Positions 46,095-61,837 of a stretch of DNA of 64,000 nt are shown piece after piece. The position numbers and the translations under genes are program-made. The notes beneath the pieces are model-generated. The model was given only the letters and a program-made list of their open reading frames with translations. It did no database searches and had not been told where the DNA came from. How positions within the stretch are numbered: position 1 is the first letter of the stretch; each line of letters opens with the position of its first letter. Origin of the DNA: the human T2T-CHM13v2.0 reference genome, Homo sapiens. The stretch is from assembly GCF_009914755.1 (NCBI RefSeq), contig NC_060925.1; one strand, written 5' to 3'.

Positions 46095-46999
46095 AAGAAA
46101 TACCAGTATGTGTAGTCACCCACCATAGAGCTAAGGGAAATGGAGAATTTTCTTTAGGCAGTGATTCTCTCACAAACAGGCATTGCCTAGCCTAACATTG
46201 ACCAGTCCTTAAATGAGATGTAGGACTTAAACAGGTCACACACCAAAAGTTCTCAATAAATGTTTGTTTCTTCTGGACAGAAATAATGCAAGGTTTGCTA
46301 TTGGATAAATAGTTTGGGTCTGTTGAGGGTGGGGGTAGGTGGCATCTAATATGTAGACTGTTAGCACAGTCCCTGACCATGGGCCTGACACCCAGTGTTT
46401 GTCAGTACTTAACCCACCCAACCATGCTGCTTGAGGACAAAGGATTGACAGTGTGATGCTTGGGCCAGGGGGCTTCTGAACTGAACTGCTAGAATACATT
46501 TTTAAAATATGCATTTAAATTTGCTTTAGGGAGACCTCAATGTTGTACAAAGATAAGTAGTCAAATAATCTTTTTTTATTGGTTTGTCAAGTTTAGAACT
46601 GCATATAGAGAATTTTAGTATTGGCAATTAGAGTGAATCTGAAATTTAATTCCTAAAATGAAAAACAAAATTATTTGGGGAGATGAAAGTCTTTGCTCTT
46701 CATGTTGTGACACACACATAGAATGTTCTACCAGTTCACTCAGTCATGGGGCATTTGGACAGAGCCCTAGAGGGCTTGTGGTCTGATGTTCTTACTTGGC
46801 TGGTGAAGAAATTGGGATCAGAGGAGCAAAGGGCCTTGCCCAAGGTCAATCTAGGTCAGAAGCAGAGCCTGCATCCGTGTCTTCAGTGCTGAGCCTGCAG
46901 AGTGCCACGGTTCCCCTATCCTTGCTCTGAGGATAAGCCACACTCTAGCCACAAGCGGGGGTGTAACATCCCTGAACAAGAAGATCTTCTGCTCCAGAG

Positions 47000-47198
47000 C
47001 AGCATTGTTCAGTAGAACTTTCTGCAGTGATGGAATTGTTCTATATCTGCCCTGTCCAATATGGCAGGCAGGAGCCACAAATATCTATTGAACACTTAAA
47101 ATGTGGCTAATGCATCTGAGGCATTGTGTTTTTACTTTTAATTAATTTAAATTTAAATAGCCCTGCGTGGCTGCTGGTTACTGTATTGGCCAGCACAG
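47000..47198 (+). mobile_element. MER3 (hAT-Charlie) MITE
   Basis: Matches recalled consensus AGAACTTTCTGC...TGTCCAATATGG...AAATGTGGCTA; 8-bp flanks CTCCAGAG/TTCCAAAG (6/8). Confidence 0.85.
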
Positions 47199-50100
47199 TT
47201 CCAAAGACAGTACATTCTTTGAGGCTGGGGCCGTGGCTTGTTCGCCGTGGTCTCTAGAATAGCATTTTGTCATGATAGGGCCTCGATATATGTTTACTGA
47301 GTTGAGTTGATTTGTGTATTTTGAATATAACTCTGCATCCTACCCTAGAATCACATGATAAACTAGGAGAAATTAATAAAACGTGAATTTTTGCTACAGT
47401 GCTAATGACAGTATACCTCTTAAAAAAGCTAGTAAAAATAAATATATTTTAGTAATATGACTCTCAGAGATATCTGGCCCATTCTCTTTGAACTCCCTTT
47501 TCATGTCTTAAGGGGAAATCTATACGGGAATAAGCAGCTGATGTTTTTCAGTGGCATTGCTGACTGCTGTGATGACGTGGGCTCCATCCTGGCTGGTTTA
47601 TCAGGCAGCTGATTCATAGTCATGTTTCCTGATGCATCCCCCTACAATGATACCCTGATAATCTCTGGGGGAAAAAAAACTTAAAAGATTCTCAAACGTT
47701 CATTTACCCTAAAACATCTGACCCATTTTCAAAGGTGCTTTGTCTTCCTTGCCTTGCAAATTGGTGTAGCATAGTGTTTAAGAGTCTAACAGATCTGTTG
47801 CCATTTCCTAATTGTGTGGCTTCTGTTTCCCTACCTACAAAATTGAGATATGCCCTATCTCATAGGTTTGTTCTAAGGATCACATTAGACGCTGTTTGTG
47901 AAGGGCTTACAATTGCCTCCCTGTAGGAATAAAAGCAGATGCTTGCTGAAGGCTTACTATACGGCCAAAACTGGTCCAAGGACTTTACTCATATTCACCC
48001 ATTTCATTCTCACAACAACCTTATGAGGTCCAAGTTCACTTAGGAGACACGACTAAGCAAAGTAAACCTCCTCTGGAAAGAGCCTGTGTTTTTAACCACT
48101 ATGGTATACCAAACCGTCTCACAAATAGTTAGGATCTGATAAATACCATTTTTATGACTGTTTTTGCAAAATATCTTGAAAGTCAACAGACTTTTAAGCC
48201 CCAGCCAGGTTACCTTTTAGCCATGGCAGCTGTTTATCAGGGGAGGAAGGGAGCTATTTTCTTTAAATAATATGTCTGGGAACATATCCCATCCTGAGCT
48301 GATCCATAACACCTCATTTGGTTAGAACAATGCTATGGACAGATGCCAAAGCCCATGTCCCAGGTGGGCAGTAGGGGAGCTGAGAGGGCGTGGGGCCTCA
48401 CACACTGATGCTTGCTAGCTGCTTGTTGATCACTAGGTGAAAGTCAGACAACTCTGCCCACAGGAAGGCCTTATAAAGCTAATCCCGAATGTCATCCTCC
48501 CCACATCTTCCCTAGATCAAGGTAGAGCAATTGTAGAAGCTGCTTTGGACATGAATCAGAAGTTCCTGGGTCACCCTCTGAAGTATGAGTCATGAGGTGG
48601 CCTTGCATTCTCATGGGGAAGCCACCTGCCTTGCAGCAAGTGACCTCATTCCCTATTGGTACTTGCTTTGATCCCTGAAATCAAAATCTTGGCTAATGGA
48701 CATGTATATTAGTGCACGTATGTACATAAGTACGTTTGGGAGACAGAGATGAATGAATAAACTCTCAGCAGAGGTTTTTGATTTTGATATATTTGGTCTG
48801 ATTAGCTTGCAAGTTAGAATATAGTAGGTTCTATGAGGCTACGGCCATGGAGTCTATGTGTAAAAGCTGTCTGCTTCTACACTAAGAGTAACTATGCAAT
48901 CATGAATGTTAGGGAAGAATGTAGGTAGACAAGAACTGGCTATTGTAAGGGGCCAGTGTAAGGTGCTCAAACCTAGCACCACTAGTGGGAAAAGGAGTCA
49001 AAGGGCATCTTTGCTGAATAAAAACACAGTGTCTTAAGGCCTCAGAGGCAGATTCTGGGCAAATGTTATAGCCGGAGCTCAGAATCTCAAAGAGAACCAT
49101 TGTAATGCCCTATGACAGCCAATGACAATAAAGCAAGGAAAGGGCTTTCCTCCTCCCCTTTAGTTTCCTAACTGCTGTGGCTGAGCCCAAGTGGCAGGAC
49201 CACCACCATTTGAAGTCCACACAAGTCCTACAGCTCTTTGTTGGTTGTTTTGCTGGCACTCACCAGGAAGCAGAGTTCACCCTGGCGGAAGAGGTTTGAG
49301 CCCTCTCCAGCGCAGGCAGCTGTGTTCAGGACCTCTGGAGAATGCAGTCATTTGTTTACACAGCTAAATCAAACACCTCCTTGGGAGGACAAGCTGCAGT
49401 AGCAGCAGGCTTCCTTCTTTAACTGTGACCTCTCTGTCTGTAATTCAAACACATTCAGTAACAGATACATTAAATTATCTGTTAGGTGGGAAATGATGTC
49501 CAGTAGAGGCAGAGAAAGAAAGAAAATCTTTCCTTTTGTTTAAACTTGATGATCAAAGTGGGGAGCAACCCTGTGCTGACGTGGCATAAGAGGACATATT
49601 TTGACGAATACATCCAGGACGTGCTAGGAGTGAGGTCTTCGAGGGTAAGGGAGCCACTGCCCGCTTAGAGATGTTGGCTGTATAATCCCGCCTCTCACAT
49701 CTGTAACTCCTAAACTCAGGCTGAGAACAAAGCGGGCGATGAATGCCAGCGGAGGGCTCAAGTGGCCCTGCTGGTGTCAAGGTAGACACCTGGGGTTCCT
49801 TTTGAGAAATGCCAGTGGATGTGGGCAAACATCCCAGAATGAGTTTCCTGGCTAATCTAAACAGTAACATTCAAGATTTATTTCCCACTACATGGAAAAA
49901 TCCACTGGATAAAACAGCCTTGGGCTATCTGAATTGGTTGGAATGGTGAGTTAGAGGCCGAAGGCACTGCAATAAATTTTATCTTGCACGCTGGGCACCG
50001 CAAACAGACATCTGAAACGTTCACCCACAGAGAGTAAGGAAACACATGACGACTGGAAAACAAAGGGACAGGAAATGCACAGCTGTTAAAAAATGTCTGT

Positions 50101-50714
50101 CTCTAAAATAAACAACTTAAATACAATAATGAAACAAATAAAAAGATCAAGTTGGAGGACAAAGATTCACACTGGGGCAAAGCCACGAGGTAATGCCTGC
50201 GTCTAACTGGGTCCAAAGGAAGAGAATCACCTGGCTGACAACTGCAGGGCACTTGAGCTCTTAAAGTTTCTTGTTGAATCATCCCAACAACTTGGGCACA
50301 TGGATGCTACTATATTCAAAACATCTGCTAATCAACAGAGCTGGGCACTGACCAATCAGACCACATTCTGGCCACAAACACCCATTTCAGCCACACCAGT
50401 GAATGCCACTTGAACTGCAGTTTGGGTTATCATCCTCAGTTTTCTGGCAGTAAAACAGCAAAGTTGCCTCCAATCACAGAGCCTATTGGTGCAAGAGATG
50501 GTGTCCTTTCACCTATAGGTGAAGCTTTTGCAAGCCGTGCCTGCTGACTCCAGGCACTACTTCTTCTCCCCTGATGCTGCAGCCACACCTCTGCCCAGCC
50601 CATCCATTTCTCTTGAGCTTCACATCTCTGCACTTTGCTTATGCCCTTCCTCCTGCCTGAAATTGTCTTTCTTCCTTGCTTAGCTGGAAAATTCAACCTT
50701 TACAGCCTAGAGAA

Positions 50715-51290
50715 GCATTTATGAGCGTCTATTCTATGTGACTACAGCTCCACTAAGGTAAGTTGGGAAGTCAAAAAGAAAAGTAAGGCAGTTTCGGCCC
50801 TTGAGGGGTTCAGGGCCATGAAGGTGCGGAGGCGTATAAACAAATCATGATCAAGGGCTACAGGGAAGGGAATGGTGCACAGAAGAAGGCCCGAAACATA
50901 GGACCTGAGTCCTGAAGCGTGGGTGTGGGTGTTGACCTGGCAGTCGAGTGGGGGAAGGATGGAAAGGCTCAGTGGTACCAGGTGGGAAGCCTGGGGCAGT
51001 CCCATAGAACATGGAAGAAGCATGAAGGGCTAGACTGGGAAGGCCTTTACCTTAACAGCAATGAGGAGTCACTGTGGAGCTGTGGGCGCTAAGTCTTGGC
51101 AAGCCTGGGATTTTAGAAAGATCTTGCTGGAAGCAGTTGAGAGCTGAACAGCAAGAGACTGGCGGCCTGGCAAACAGCTAAGAGAGACAGTACACGCTTC
51201 TGTAAATGGAGGCCATAAATGGGAAAGAAGGAGGAATTTCAGAGATAATTTGGAGGAAGAATTGACAGTGCTTAGAGGATTTATGATGTT
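50715..51290 (-). mobile_element. L2 fragment
   Basis: CATTTATGAGCGTCTA start, TTTTAGAAAGATC motif; boundaries approximate. Confidence 0.5.
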
Positions 51291-53699
51291 TTGAATTGGA
51301 TTTGTACAATCTGTTTCTACTCTGTCAGATTGAATTATGTTCTGCTAGTCCTCTGAGATACCACTATTATGGCATTATTTAATGACATGCTTATCTCTCC
51401 AATGTGAGCTTCCAAGGAATCAGGGATTAACAGCATTTATTCAAATGTAGGTAGCTCAATCCATGCAAATGCATGAATGACTGAATGAATTCACATCTTT
51501 TTGGTTTCCTACTCTAATCTAGCTACTTTCAAGCAGGAAAATCCAATCATAATAGTGCCTATTATGCTGCATATTATAAAATAATGTCTTCCTTCATTGG
51601 ATTCATTATATAATTTATCCAGAGAATACTTTCTGAGCCCCCTATTAATGTGGGCTGCATATGACAGCAGAAAGAGCTTTCTCATCAGAGCCAGGCAGCT
51701 CTGGATTATAATTCCAGATCCCCCATTTAGCTGTTGTGTTACATTAGACTGTCAACCTCTTTGAGTCTGTTTTTAATTCTATAAAATGACAATTATGCTT
51801 ACTAGGCAGGTAATTGGGAGTATTGCATGAGATGACATGTAACAGTGCCCAGCATGTGGCTGGCTCATAGCAGCTTCAATATCAGTCCACCCTATGAGCT
51901 CCATTGATTACTATTTGGACCTCCACCCATGACCCCGGTCTACCCCTTGCCCACATTTTCCTTCCTCAGGCCAGTTATATGTTTCTTAGAGACTAGAGGT
52001 ATGAAATGAGGTCATTGCCTATGAGTTGCTTAGGATCTAGTTCATGGCTCTTGAAATAATATTGTTTGTGTGATGCAGACTTCTGTGCTCTTTCTCACGA
52101 TCCCCTGATTTCTCCCTAGCCTTCCAATGCACATCTAGAGTCAATGAATTAATAGAAGAAAGAAATAGGACAGATAATTCACAAATATTTATATATCTGA
52201 CTCTAAAGTACATTACATGATCAGCAGCTTTATCTTCTTAATCCTATTTTTTCTTAGGTTATCCTGAAAAATACATTCCCTGCGTACATTCTGTTTGGGT
52301 GGTGGTGGCATGTGGCCAGGAACATGCAAGGTTACAGAGAAAAAATAGTCCAAATCTCTGGCCTTTGAGAATTCATCAGCAAGATAATCACCATGTAGAC
52401 AATAAGGAGTTATGCACATGTATTGACTGTGTTGACAGCAGAGGAAAAAGCAGTTAATGAATGCATGTTTTTTCACAGCTTAGAGAAATACAGTGGTTAC
52501 TGGTTAAAGTACAATTTTATGCCTTGATCAGAGGTATTTTCGTATTAAAATCTGGCTGAATTCAGCTTCCTATATCAGCTTCCTGATGTGAAATTCAAGA
52601 CCTGAAAATCAAATATACTATGAAATGAAAATACACTGTGAACTCTGAATAGTATTTCATCTGTGCCAGGCCTAACCTTTTGCTAAACAAAAAATCCAAA
52701 GGGGAGGGGTGTGTATGCTTGTTTTAGCTGAAGGGCAATAAGAAGAATAATGTATTAATTTTTCTAATTGAGCTTTTCTCCAGAAGCAAAATATATGTGA
52801 ATAAAGACACATATAAATTAGAACTATAAATGAATACACATACCAGTTTAAGATATTTGCCTGTATGAGGACCCATTTGTCCTGTGTCCTTAGATTTGGA
52901 GAAAAGGGTGATTGGAAGGCCCATGGGAATGAATGTCTCCCCATGAGTGATGTGAGGCTCCCCAAACCACCATCATCTATTTTCCTACTCCACTGCCTGC
53001 CTTCTAACTGGGCCGTCTGACTTCCATTTATTTCCCCCTGCTAATGGGAGGGGATCAGAGGAAAGACAGAATGTATTTATGGGGTGAATGAGATTGCAGA
53101 CCCTATTGTGGAGGGGGTCTGAGACAGCAGACCATGGTCCACAGAAATGCCAGCATGGTGGTTAGGCCGCCCTCCTGGGAGGGGCCTGTACTCTCTGCTC
53201 AGAACCCCCAGGCAGGCCTTCAGCAGCCCAGTGAAGCAACATCCTTGCTTTCAGAGCCATCAGCAAAGAGTTTTCATGGCCTCTCTGCTACTAAGCCATC
53301 CTCAGGGTGGGGACATGAATGATTTTCAAGTCTCCTCCAGACTTCCCAAAACACGAGAACAGAAGCAGAAAAATCCAGGACAAGCCACAGTGATGTGTTT
53401 CTTCCTCACACATTTCCTCCCCGCTATCTTCTCCTTTCTGTTCATTGCCCCTTGCTTTCCTCCTCCCCCACCCCAAGGGCAGGAAGATCAGAAACCACAT
53501 CATCACAGCTGCTGGGCTTCTGCTCCCATCATACCCCTCTGCTCAGAGGCCCTCGTGAAGTCCTGGCGGCCCCGGAGGATGTGATTTGCAGCGTTGTGAT
53601 TCCTAGAGGAGCACCAGCTTGGAGGCTGGGCCTATTTACAGGAGGCACTAACATCATTTCCTCTCCTAAGCAGTGTTTTTTGGCTTGTATTTTGTTAAA

Positions 53700-53885
53700 A
53701 AGCTAATATTTATTAAGTGCTTACTATATGTCAGTGCTTTGCATGAATTAGCTCATTTAATTCTCATAACGAGCCTATTAGGTAAGTGCTATTAATATCC
53801 CTATTTTATAGACTTGGAAACTGGGCACAGATAATAGGAATTTGAACCCAGGCAGTGTGGGTCCAGAGACTGAATTCTTAACCAT
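53700..53885 (-). mobile_element. MIR
   Basis: CTCATTTAATTCTCATAAC...ATTTTATAGA...GAAACTG...GAATTTGAACCCAGGCAG. Confidence 0.7.
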
Positions 53886-54355
53886 TTAAGCAATTAATAT
53901 ATTTTAAGTATCTGTTTGGTGCCTGGGGCTGCATTAGGAACAAGCTGCTTGGAAAAAATAATCCTTCTGGAAAACAAGACATTTATGTCACGATACGAAT
54001 GTCAAGTAGACAAGGAGTATTCTTTATAGTACTTTGCAAAAACATTGTGAGAACCACTGAACTCCATGCTGCACAAATGAAGCAACAGAGCCTCTCTCCT
54101 CCGTCCACACCCCCTCGCACAGGTCCTGCTTATGTTATAACAGCAGTGGGTGGATGGTGGTGGGCCTGGCTGGGAATAAGGGCTTAGCAGGTAGAGGCAC
54201 CATGAGAGGAGGGAGATGTTAATTGAGTAACTAACTGTACAAGGGAACTGCAGGTCCCACAAATCTAATAGGTCTGTAAACATGCAGATAACCAGGCCTC
54301 TTCCCTGGAAATTCTGAGCCAGTCGATCTGGGTTGATGCTTAAGAATCTGTTTTG

Positions 54356-55560
54356 TAAACAGACACATAGACCAATGGAACAGAACAGAGGCTTCAGAAA
54401 TAGCACCACACATCTACAACCACCTGATCTTTGCCAAACCTGACACACACAAGCAATGGGGAAAGGATTCCCTATTTAATAAATGGTGTTGGGAAAACTG
54501 GCTAGCCATATGTAGAAAACTTAAACTGGATCCCTTCCTTACACCTTATACAAAAATTAACTCAAGCTGGATTAAAGACTTAAATGTAAAATCTAAAATC
54601 ATGAAAACTAGAAGAAAGCCTAGGCAATACCACTCAGGACATACGCATGGGCAAAGACTTCATGACTAAAACACCAAAAGCAATTGCAACAAAAGCCAAA
54701 ATTGAAAAATCGATCTAATTAGGCTAAAGAGCTTCTGCACAGCAAAAGAAACTATCATTAGCGTGAACAGGCAACCTGCAGAATGAGAGAAAATTTTTGT
54801 AATCTACCCATCTGACAAATGGGTATCTATCATCTCATGCCAGTCAGAATGGTGATTATTAAAATGTCAAGAAACAATAGATGCTGGTGAGGCTGTTGAG
54901 AAATAGGAAGGCTTTTACACTGTTGGTGGGAATGTAAATTAGTTCAACCATTGTGGAAGATAGTGTGATTCCTCAAGGATCTAGAACCAGAAATACAATT
55001 TGACCAGGCAATCCCATTACTGGGTATATAACCAAAGGAATATAAATCATTCTACTATAAAAATACATGCACATGTATGTTTACAATTGCAAAGACATGG
55101 AACCAATCCAAATGCCCATCAGTGATAGGCTGGATAAGGAAAATATGGTACATATACACCATAGAATACTATGCAGCCATAAAAAGGAATGAGATCATGT
55201 CCTTTGCAGGGACATGGAAGAAGCTGGAAGCCATCATCCTCAGCAAACTAACACAGGAACAGAAAACTAAACACCACATGTTCTCACTTGTAAGTGGAAG
55301 CTGAACAATGAGAACACATGGACACAGGGAGGGGAACATCACACACCGGAGCCTGTTGGGGTGGGGTAGGGGCGAGGCGAGGGAGAGCATTAGGACAAAT
55401 AGCTAATGCATGTGGGGCTTAAAACCTAGATGATGGGTTGACAAGTGCAGCAAACCACCATGGCACACATATACCTATGTAACAAACCTACACATTCTGC
55501 ACTTGTATCCCAGAACTTAAGGTAAAATAAAGAAAGAAAATCTAAAAATTAAAAAAAAAA
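54356..55560 (+). mobile_element. 5'-truncated L1PA (ORF2 end + 3'UTR + polyA)
   Basis: ORF2 C-terminal remnant (ORF 55077-55304, ...IILSKLTQEQKTKHHMFSLVSGS), G-rich 3'UTR, A tail; internal deletion near 54825. Confidence 0.93.
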
Positions 55561-57099
55561 TCCTGTTTTATAAAATGCATTCAAGGTCATTCTTATCTTC
55601 AGACAAGTTGGTGATCGCTTAGTAGTTGCCTGCAGTTTGGTGCTGCTGTCATGACTGGCACCTTCTGAAAGGCCACTGGGGAGCCTCGGCTGCCACTTCC
55701 AGAGTTTGGAGAGCGAGGGTCACACACTCTGGAAAATTGTGGTGGCACCAGGGCAACAGAAAGTCCTCAAGAGCACCAGGTGACAGATAGAACGAGGCTT
55801 TTCTTCACTAGTTTGTTATCCTCAGGACTCACAAGTCTGAGACAAGAGGGCATGCTCCCGAGGGCCCTCGAGTTTATTCCCTCTCCTACTGCTCACAGAA
55901 GCCCCTACCTTCCAACAGTTCTAGATGACACAGACCCAGACCTGGCCCATGGGCAAGAGTGGTCCACCCTTAGATGGAGTCATTTACTGGGAGTATGAGG
56001 TTGAGAATTTGAAAATGACTGACATGTGCTCCCTGATTCTAAATAACTCCAGTTTAGCTGCCCAGCCAGAGATGGACATGTCAACAGCCAACTCTAATCT
56101 ATCTGGGAGAGGGGTCTGAGAGAGGTGTGAAGAGAGGGCCAGGAAGCACAGAGGAGTGAATGACTAAACCTCCATCAAAGCAGAAGTGACATTTAAGAGC
56201 TGAGTGCTGAGTCTCAAAGAATGAATGAGTAGAAGCTCAGCAGATGAGGAAAGGGACAGTCATTTCAGGCATTGGTGGACATACACTTTTCTACCTTGTG
56301 TTTCTTCTTTTGGGGAAACATCTTCCTCCACTTCACAGTAATCCTGCTCATAGAAATGGCCCCATGGTGGGCAGCTGACCCAGGCCTCCCAATCAGAGTA
56401 CACAGGGGTGGGTACAGGAGCCAGACCAACAGGGAAACTCTCTAGGAGCATTGCTTCTGCTATGGGAAAGGGATTTTTGGTGTATAGATGACTGCTAAGG
56501 GCTGTAAGCAGCTAGGGCATCAGCAGAGGAGAGGGCCTGGCCAGAGATGAAGCTGAGCAGAGGCGAGTAGAAAAGTGAGGTGGAAGGACACAGGGGTCTC
56601 ATGGTGGCTTCCAACTCTTGGATCCTCCTGAACTTCATTATTTATGTCCACCAATAAATGCTTTCTTTTTGGTTAAGCAAAAAGCTTGTGACCAAAAGCG
56701 CTCTAATAAATGGGCAATGAAAACAGCATTTGCAAAGGGTAGAATCCCAAGAGGTCATGGAATGGGAATGCCTGTAGGCGTGAAAGGGCCAGGTAGCAGA
56801 GTTGAGCAAGGGCTGGGAAGGTGGGGTAGGACAGATTTGGAAGGGACCTGTGTTATTTGGGGGTCGAGTCATTAAGATTTTAAGTGAGAGAGCAACGTAA
56901 GCAGGTGTGCGGAATGTAACTCTGGTGCCAGTGTAGAGAAATGCCTGGGCCAACAGAGGCTGGACCCTGGATTCCAGGAAGGAAGCCCTTGGAATGGGCT
57001 GGCGCAGAGATGACAAGGCCTCTAGTCCTCAGAGAGCCTGGAATGCAAGAGGCAGAGTTGAGAGATATTTAGGAGGGAGAGGAGACAAAGCTTGGTAAG

Positions 57100-57335
57100 A
57101 GAAATCAGAAAGGCAGGCTCTGAACTCAGGCACCCCCAGAGCTGGATCCTGTTCGCTCCTCTTAATGGTCATGCGTGGGATCTTATTTAACCTCTTTAAG
57201 CCCTGGCTTCTCATCTGCAAATTGGCAATGATAATGGTGCAAGCCTCATGGAGCTGTGAGAATTAAATGAAGCATATGTGTGTAAAAGCAGTTGGCACAG
57301 TACTTGGCATAAAGTAACACTCAGTAAGTGACAGC
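57100..57335 (+). mobile_element. MIR
   Basis: TTTAACCTCTTTAAGCC...CTCATCTGCAAATTGG...GAATTAAATGA core. Confidence 0.7.
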
Positions 57336-57776
57336 TACTGTGTGGAGGGTGAAGAAGGAAAATTAGGGATGACCCTGAAATCCCTCACTTGAGAATTCGG
57401 GCAAATGCTGATGACGTTAATTAGGATAGGAAATATAGGAGAAGGATATGTTCTATGGGCAAGGAGAACATACAGTTTTTGGAGGGGACATGTTGAGGCT
57501 GATGTGCTTGTAGAACTTGAGGGCAGGAGTGTCCAGCAAGCAATGGACTGTGGGGTTGAGGGGACACTGGCCATAGATGGCCACTCAAGCAATGTCAGAC
57601 AGAAGAGGGTTGAGGACAGACACAGATGCTTAAAGGGGGCTACAGGAGGAGGTGCCCAGCATGAGAAGTAGGAGATGTGAAGAGGAAACCGTTTTCAGCA
57701 TAGATAAGTTTTAAGTATGGATAAGCTGTTAGAGAATGAGAACTGTACAGGGGATGTAGGGATTCTTGTTTCTTCA

Positions 57777-58160
<384 letters not shown>

Positions 58161-58590
58161 CTAATTTTTAGTGATTGAGGATAGAGATGCTAAGGCTCCC
58201 TGAAGAGCTGGTGAGCTTGTTCCACTATGAAACATACCTATCTATATCCCATTTCCCCAAGTCCATGGGTCTCTAGAATAGAGGGAAGATGTGTAGGGGC
58301 AAAGGAGGGGCCAGATGGGGGTCATTGAATATGGTGTATAAAAAGCTTTCTTTTGCTTATGGATATTTTTGTTTTCTTTTGAGTGTCCCTGATATATAGA
58401 ACTCTTGTCTTCATTTTGCAAAGCTGAAAATGAGACCAGACAAACACATTCCACCATCTTTGGAGTTACAGAGCTGGCCCCTTGGGGAGATGCCTCTTTG
58501 AATTTGAGGCCCTTGAGTGAATTCATAAAAGTAGGAAACTCCAGGAAGCCACTGGTCTTGTGGCAGCTTTTAGACTTCTCCCAGAATTCA

Positions 58591-58905
<315 letters not shown>

Positions 58906-59300
58906 CTAAAACCAGACAAAGATCAAGACAGAGACACGAACAGAGAGAAAAGTGAGAGAGAACTTTTGGTGTGTCTTTTCTGCCCCTATCACTTAGTGTT
59001 AGGGAAAGGCTTTTCAAGGAAGTGTTTTTATTTTCTCAGTCTATTGCTATTTCCCAGAACAATTCACCATCTCCCAACTTCCTGGGCTGACAGAATCTAA
59101 TTTCTTAGTATCTCAGAAGTCCATGTAATATTGATGATATTATTTTCTCAGAACCTCCCTCGTTAAAGCTAGATTTGGACCCCCTGGGAGAAAATACCCT
59201 TCCTCCCTTCCTCCCTGTCTTTATCTGAGTAGCCAGGATTCAGAGAATTGTGAACCCTTCCATTAGGGATATAATTCAAGCAATGGGAAAGAAAACCTCA

Positions 59301-59786
<486 letters not shown>

Positions 59787-60651
59787 TTAATAGGCTGTAC
59801 CTCACCAATAACAAGCTCATCATTAGTAGCAAAATGCCACAGTGACTCTCAGTAATGGCCTCATCAGAGAAACAAAGGATGCGACTTGCCCTGTGGTTTA
59901 TTCTGCTTTAGGAGAAGGAGGCTGAGAAGCCTGCCTCTGATTACTGCTAGGAACTGAGGCCTTTCTCAGATGAAAGGGACTGAGAGGCCAAACAAGGCCC
60001 CCGCTTGGAATCTCAGCTTGAGCCTCAGTAATTTCCCTTCAATTAGCTGCTTAGCTGCTTTGTTGTGTGTAGCTATCTTAGAGTCCAACTACTTTTGGCA
60101 TGTCCCTTGCTGCCTCTTTTCAGTTTTTAACTAGAGGGGCAGCCAGTTACATTTCTTCCCCACCCCATCCTCCTTTACCCCATAGAAGACCAAAAAAAAA
60201 AAATAGTGAAAGGTGGGGAAGATGATTTGCCAGGAATTTGCCATTTGGAATGTAATTCAGTACTACACACATAGATTTTCACGATATTGTGTTTGTAAAA
60301 GCATCCCACAGCCGTGTTTACTTGCCAGGGCCCTTCTGACCTGAGCTTCACCTGGAACTCTGGGTTGCTTCCTTGCGGATCATTCTCTTCCTCTTGAACT
60401 TAGCCCTAGTTCAATTACATCAGTGGGAAATGGCCCCTCTGTTCCCTTTCCAAGTGGGCCTCAGTTCTTTCTGTGGTTCATGTCCAGAATTGCTTATAAG
60501 CAATGCCCCCTTTCTGCAAGGGGAAGTGGACTTTCTGGGAGAAGTCTCTTTACCTAAGGCCACTCAGCAAGACAAGACAGATGCAACCCCAGGTTTGGTT
60601 TCACCTAGAAGTGTTAAACCATCAACTTAACCAACATGAGAGGCCAATTTA

Positions 60652-60915
<264 letters not shown>

Positions 60916-61139
60916 CTAGGGCAAGGCAAAGTCTTCAGGTTATTTTAAGGCAGCTAGAGTCATAATCTGCTGTGAGGCCAATGCTCCAACGTTTGGTTTG
61001 ACTTCCACATTTAAAAGAAAACATCCATATATTCTCAGCAATCCTTAATCCAGCTGCGAAAAACAAAAAACAAAACCTACTGCCATCTACTTAGGGACTA
61101 GGAGAATACTAGGATGAGCCTTAAAGAAAATCACAGAGT

Positions 61140-61447
<308 letters not shown>

Positions 61448-61788
61448 TCACAGAGTGACCCCTAGAGCACTGTAGTATAGCCTCTCTTCTTCTAGTCTCC
61501 TTTATTTGAATTCGTTGGGAATGTGTCCTTGGGCAAATGCAGAAAATATTTTACTGTTAAGCCAGTTCTTGGGTTCTGTTGTCCCACCAAGATGGGGATA
61601 CTGGGGAGAAAAAGAGGGAAATAAAATGATTGGGGAATGATTCTGTTGTAGAAAAGCAAGATCAGAGCAAATTTCTTTGGCTAAATAGTCTAAAATTTAG
61701 TTTCTTATATTTGGAAAATAATCTTATTAGCTTAATTTTACCAATGAATTCTTCCATTTCCTTGAAATGTGTGGTTTGTGGTTTTCTC

Positions 61789-61837
61789 GTGTGTGTGTGC
61801 GTGTGTGTGTGCACGCCTGTGTGTGTCTGTGTGTGCG
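61789..61837. repeat. Imperfect (TG)n
   Basis: Seen directly. Confidence 0.9.

Noticed and set aside
55077-55304. 75-aa ORF resembling a real protein
   Set aside because: C-terminal remnant of L1 ORF2 in a truncated, deleted element.
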